From a virus (taxonomy: Duplodnaviria > Heunggongvirae > Uroviricota > Caudoviricetes): 16,814 nt of DNA. The notes under the pieces were generated by a model. That model searched no databases. It saw nothing but the letters and a program-made list of their open reading frames with translations, and was not told the origin of the DNA. Each line of letters opens with the position of its first letter. Position 1 is the stretch's first letter. Positions 14,905 to 16,814 of the stretch are shown piece by piece. The stretch lies in IMG/VR virus record IMGVR_UViG_2548876962_000006, positions 1-16,814 of that record; one strand, given 5' to 3'. The translations under genes and the position numbers were made by a program.

Positions 14905-16814
14905 ATGAGCATCAGATTTAAAACTGTGATCACCACTGCCGGTGCAGCAAAACTGGCCGCCGCCACCACAACATCGGAGCAGAAAGTCAGCATCACACAT
15001 ATGGCCGTGGGAGATGGTAATGGAAATCTCCCGGAACCATCGGCCTCACAGACCGCCCTGATCCATGAAGTCTGGCGCGGGACGCTGAATAAAATTACAC
15101 AGAACAGCAAAGCGCCGAATCAGGTGATTGCGGAACTGGTTATTCCGCCGGAAGTCGGCGGCTTCTGGATGCGTGAGCTGGGACTGTATGACAGTACCGG
15201 TACCCTGATTGCGGTGGCCAGCATGGCGGAAAGCTACAAACCCCTGCTCACGGAAGGCTCCGGGCGCGCCATGACCTGTCGCATGATTATTATCATCAGT
15301 GACGTTAATGCCGTAAGCCTGTCTGTGGACAGCACAACCATTATGGCAACACAGGACTATGTGGATGACAAACTTGCAGAGCACGAGCAGTCCCGCCGTC
15401 ACCCGGACGCCTCACTGACGCAAAAGGGCTTTACGCAGCTCAGCAGTGCAACGGACAGCGACAGCGAGTCAGTGGCAGCAACGCCAAAAGCGATCAAGAC
15501 TCTTAATGACACAAAAGCGCCACTCAAAAGCCCGGCGCTGACGGGCACACCGACAGCACCGACTGCGGCACAGGGCACAAATAATACGCAGATTGCTACG
15601 ACTGCTTACGTACGGGCTGCTATATCTGCACTGGTCGGCTCATCACCAGAAGCTCTTGATACCCTGAATGAGCTTGCCGCAGCCCTTGGCAATGACCCGA
15701 ACTTTGCGACAACAATGACAAATGCGCTGGCAGGGAAACAGCCACTTGATGCAACTTTAACCGCGCTTGCTGGTCTTGCGACAGGCGCAAATAAATTGCC
15801 GTACTTTACCGGTACAGACACTGTTTCTCAGACTGACTTAACGTCAGTCGGTCGCGATATTCTGGCCAAAACAAGCGTTCTTGCTGTTATCCAATACCTT
15901 GGTTTAAGAGAACTCGGTACCAGCGGTGAAAAGATCCCCCTGTTGAGTACGGCTAACACATGGAGTGCGCGCCAGACTTTCAACGGCGGGATCACCGGAG
16001 CGCTGACAGGGAACGCCGATACCGCGACGAAATTAAAAACAGCCAGAAACATTAATGGCGTCAGGTTCGATGGTTCGGCTGACATTAATATCAATACTCT
16101 GGTATCTCGCGGTCGCGTAACGGCCCTGGAGGCGAATGCACAGGGAACATCCGGGATTCAGCTGTATGAGGCATACAACAATGGCTACCCTTCCCCCTAT
16201 GGCAATGTGCTTCACCTTAAAGGTGCCACCGCTGCTGGCGAAGGTGAGTTATTCATTGGCTGGAGTGGCACGAGCGGTGCCCATGCGCCCGTACATATCC
16301 GTTCGCGGCGGGATACTGATTCTGCCAACTGGTCTGAATGGGCGCAGGTCTATACGTCAAAAGATTCAATTCCCGGCGTCAATGCCAAAGGGAATCAGGA
16401 CACCTCTGGTAATGCGGCTACAGCGACCAAGTTGCAGACAGCATGTACTATCAATGGCGTCTCGTTTGATGGTTCTAAAGATATTGAACTTAACCCACGG
16501 TCTATAGGCACAATCAACTCCACAACAATGTCTTTTAGTGGTGGTGCAGGATGGTTCAAGCTGGCAACTGTAACCATGCCACAGGCGAGTTCTGTTGTTT
16601 CAATTACGTTGATTGGTGGCGCTGGATATAACGTCGGTTCACCTCAACAGGCAGGTATATCTGAACTTGTTTTGCGTGCAGGTAATGGTAATCCGAAGGG
16701 GATTACTGGTGCTTTATGGCAGCGCACATCGACAGGGTTTACAAATTTTGCCTGGGTCAATACATCCGGTGATACCTATGATGTTTATGTTGAAATAGGT
16801 AATTACGCCACAGG
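14905..16814 (+). CDS. H: Tail fibre protein (P2 gpH homologue), 5' part; the ORF continues past the window end
   Basis: Frame verified open by manual translation from ATG 14905 to base 16812. N-terminus MSIRFKTVITTAGAAKLAAAT...IHEVWRGTLNKI...ELVIPPEVGGFWMRELGLYD is near-identical in pattern to P2 gpH as recalled. The C-terminal part carries phage-fibre repeats. Confidence 0.85.
   Translation, partial: MSIRFKTVITTAGAAKLAAATTTSEQKVSITHMAVGDGNGNLPEPSASQTALIHEVWRGTLNKITQNSKAPNQVIAELVIPPEVGGFWMRELGLYDSTGTLIAVASMAESYKPLLTEGSGRAMTCRMIIIISDVNAVSLSVDSTTIMATQDYVDDKLAEHEQSRRHPDASLTQKGFTQLSSATDSDSESVAATPKAIKTLNDTKAPLKSPALTGTPTAPTAAQGTNNTQIATTAYVRAAISALVGSSPEALDTLNELAAALGNDPNFATTMTNALAGKQPLDATLTALAGLATGANKLPYFTGTDTVSQTDLTSVGRDILAKTSVLAVIQYLGLRELGTSGEKIPLLSTANTWSARQTFNGGITGALTGNADTATKLKTARNINGVRFDGSADININTLVSRGRVTALEANAQGTSGIQLYEAYNNGYPSPYGNVLHLKGATAAGEGELFIGWSGTSGAHAPVHIRSRRDTDSANWSEWAQVYTSKDSIPGVNAKGNQDTSGNAATATKLQTACTINGVSFDGSKDIELNPRSIGTINSTTMSFSGGAGWFKLATVTMPQASSVVSITLIGGAGYNVGSPQQAGISELVLRAGNGNPKGITGALWQRTSTGFTNFAWVNTSGDTYDVYVEIGNYAT

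Larger units (their letters stand above)
1..16814. mobile_element. Segment of a P2-like (Peduovirus-type) temperate phage/prophage: accessory cargo region plus late morphogenesis and lysis operons
   Basis: Gene order Q-P on minus strand and O-N-M-L-X-holin-endolysin-spanins-R-S-V-W-J-I-H on plus strand matches P2 synteny; recognisable similarity of the translations to P2 gpQ, gpM, gpX, gpR, gpW and gpH as I recall them; an Ogr-type TGT-N12-ACA dyad lies between P and O. Whether 1-900 lies inside the phage is inferred from P2 genome topology, not proven. Confidence 0.8.

Overview
This window is a segment of a P2-like (Peduovirus-type) temperate phage or prophage of an enterobacterial host. Coordinates 3534-16814 carry the conserved late-gene block in canonical P2 synteny: portal Q and large terminase P on the minus strand, then divergently scaffold O, major capsid N, small terminase M, head completion L, tail protein X, a lysis cassette, tail completion R and S, baseplate V, W, J, I and the 5' part of tail fibre H, which runs off the window. 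The lysis cassette is not P2-type: it has a two-TMD holin, a GH24 SAR-type endolysin, overlapping spanins and no lysA. Left of Q (1-3533) is the position that holds old/tin and other anti-phage cargo in P2 relatives. Here it carries an R1-type parM (5' partial) and parR pair, then a plus-strand operon of four uncharacterised genes, a 380-bp repeat-rich regulatory region and one more orphan gene. The most interesting gene encodes a stand-alone protein whose C-terminus closely resembles the ClpX N-terminal zinc-binding domain. I consider this cargo block the best candidate for an undescribed accessory (defence, exclusion or host-manipulation) system, but that is inference from position and domain content only. 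All homology statements rest on recalled family features and motifs read from the translations; no database search was run.
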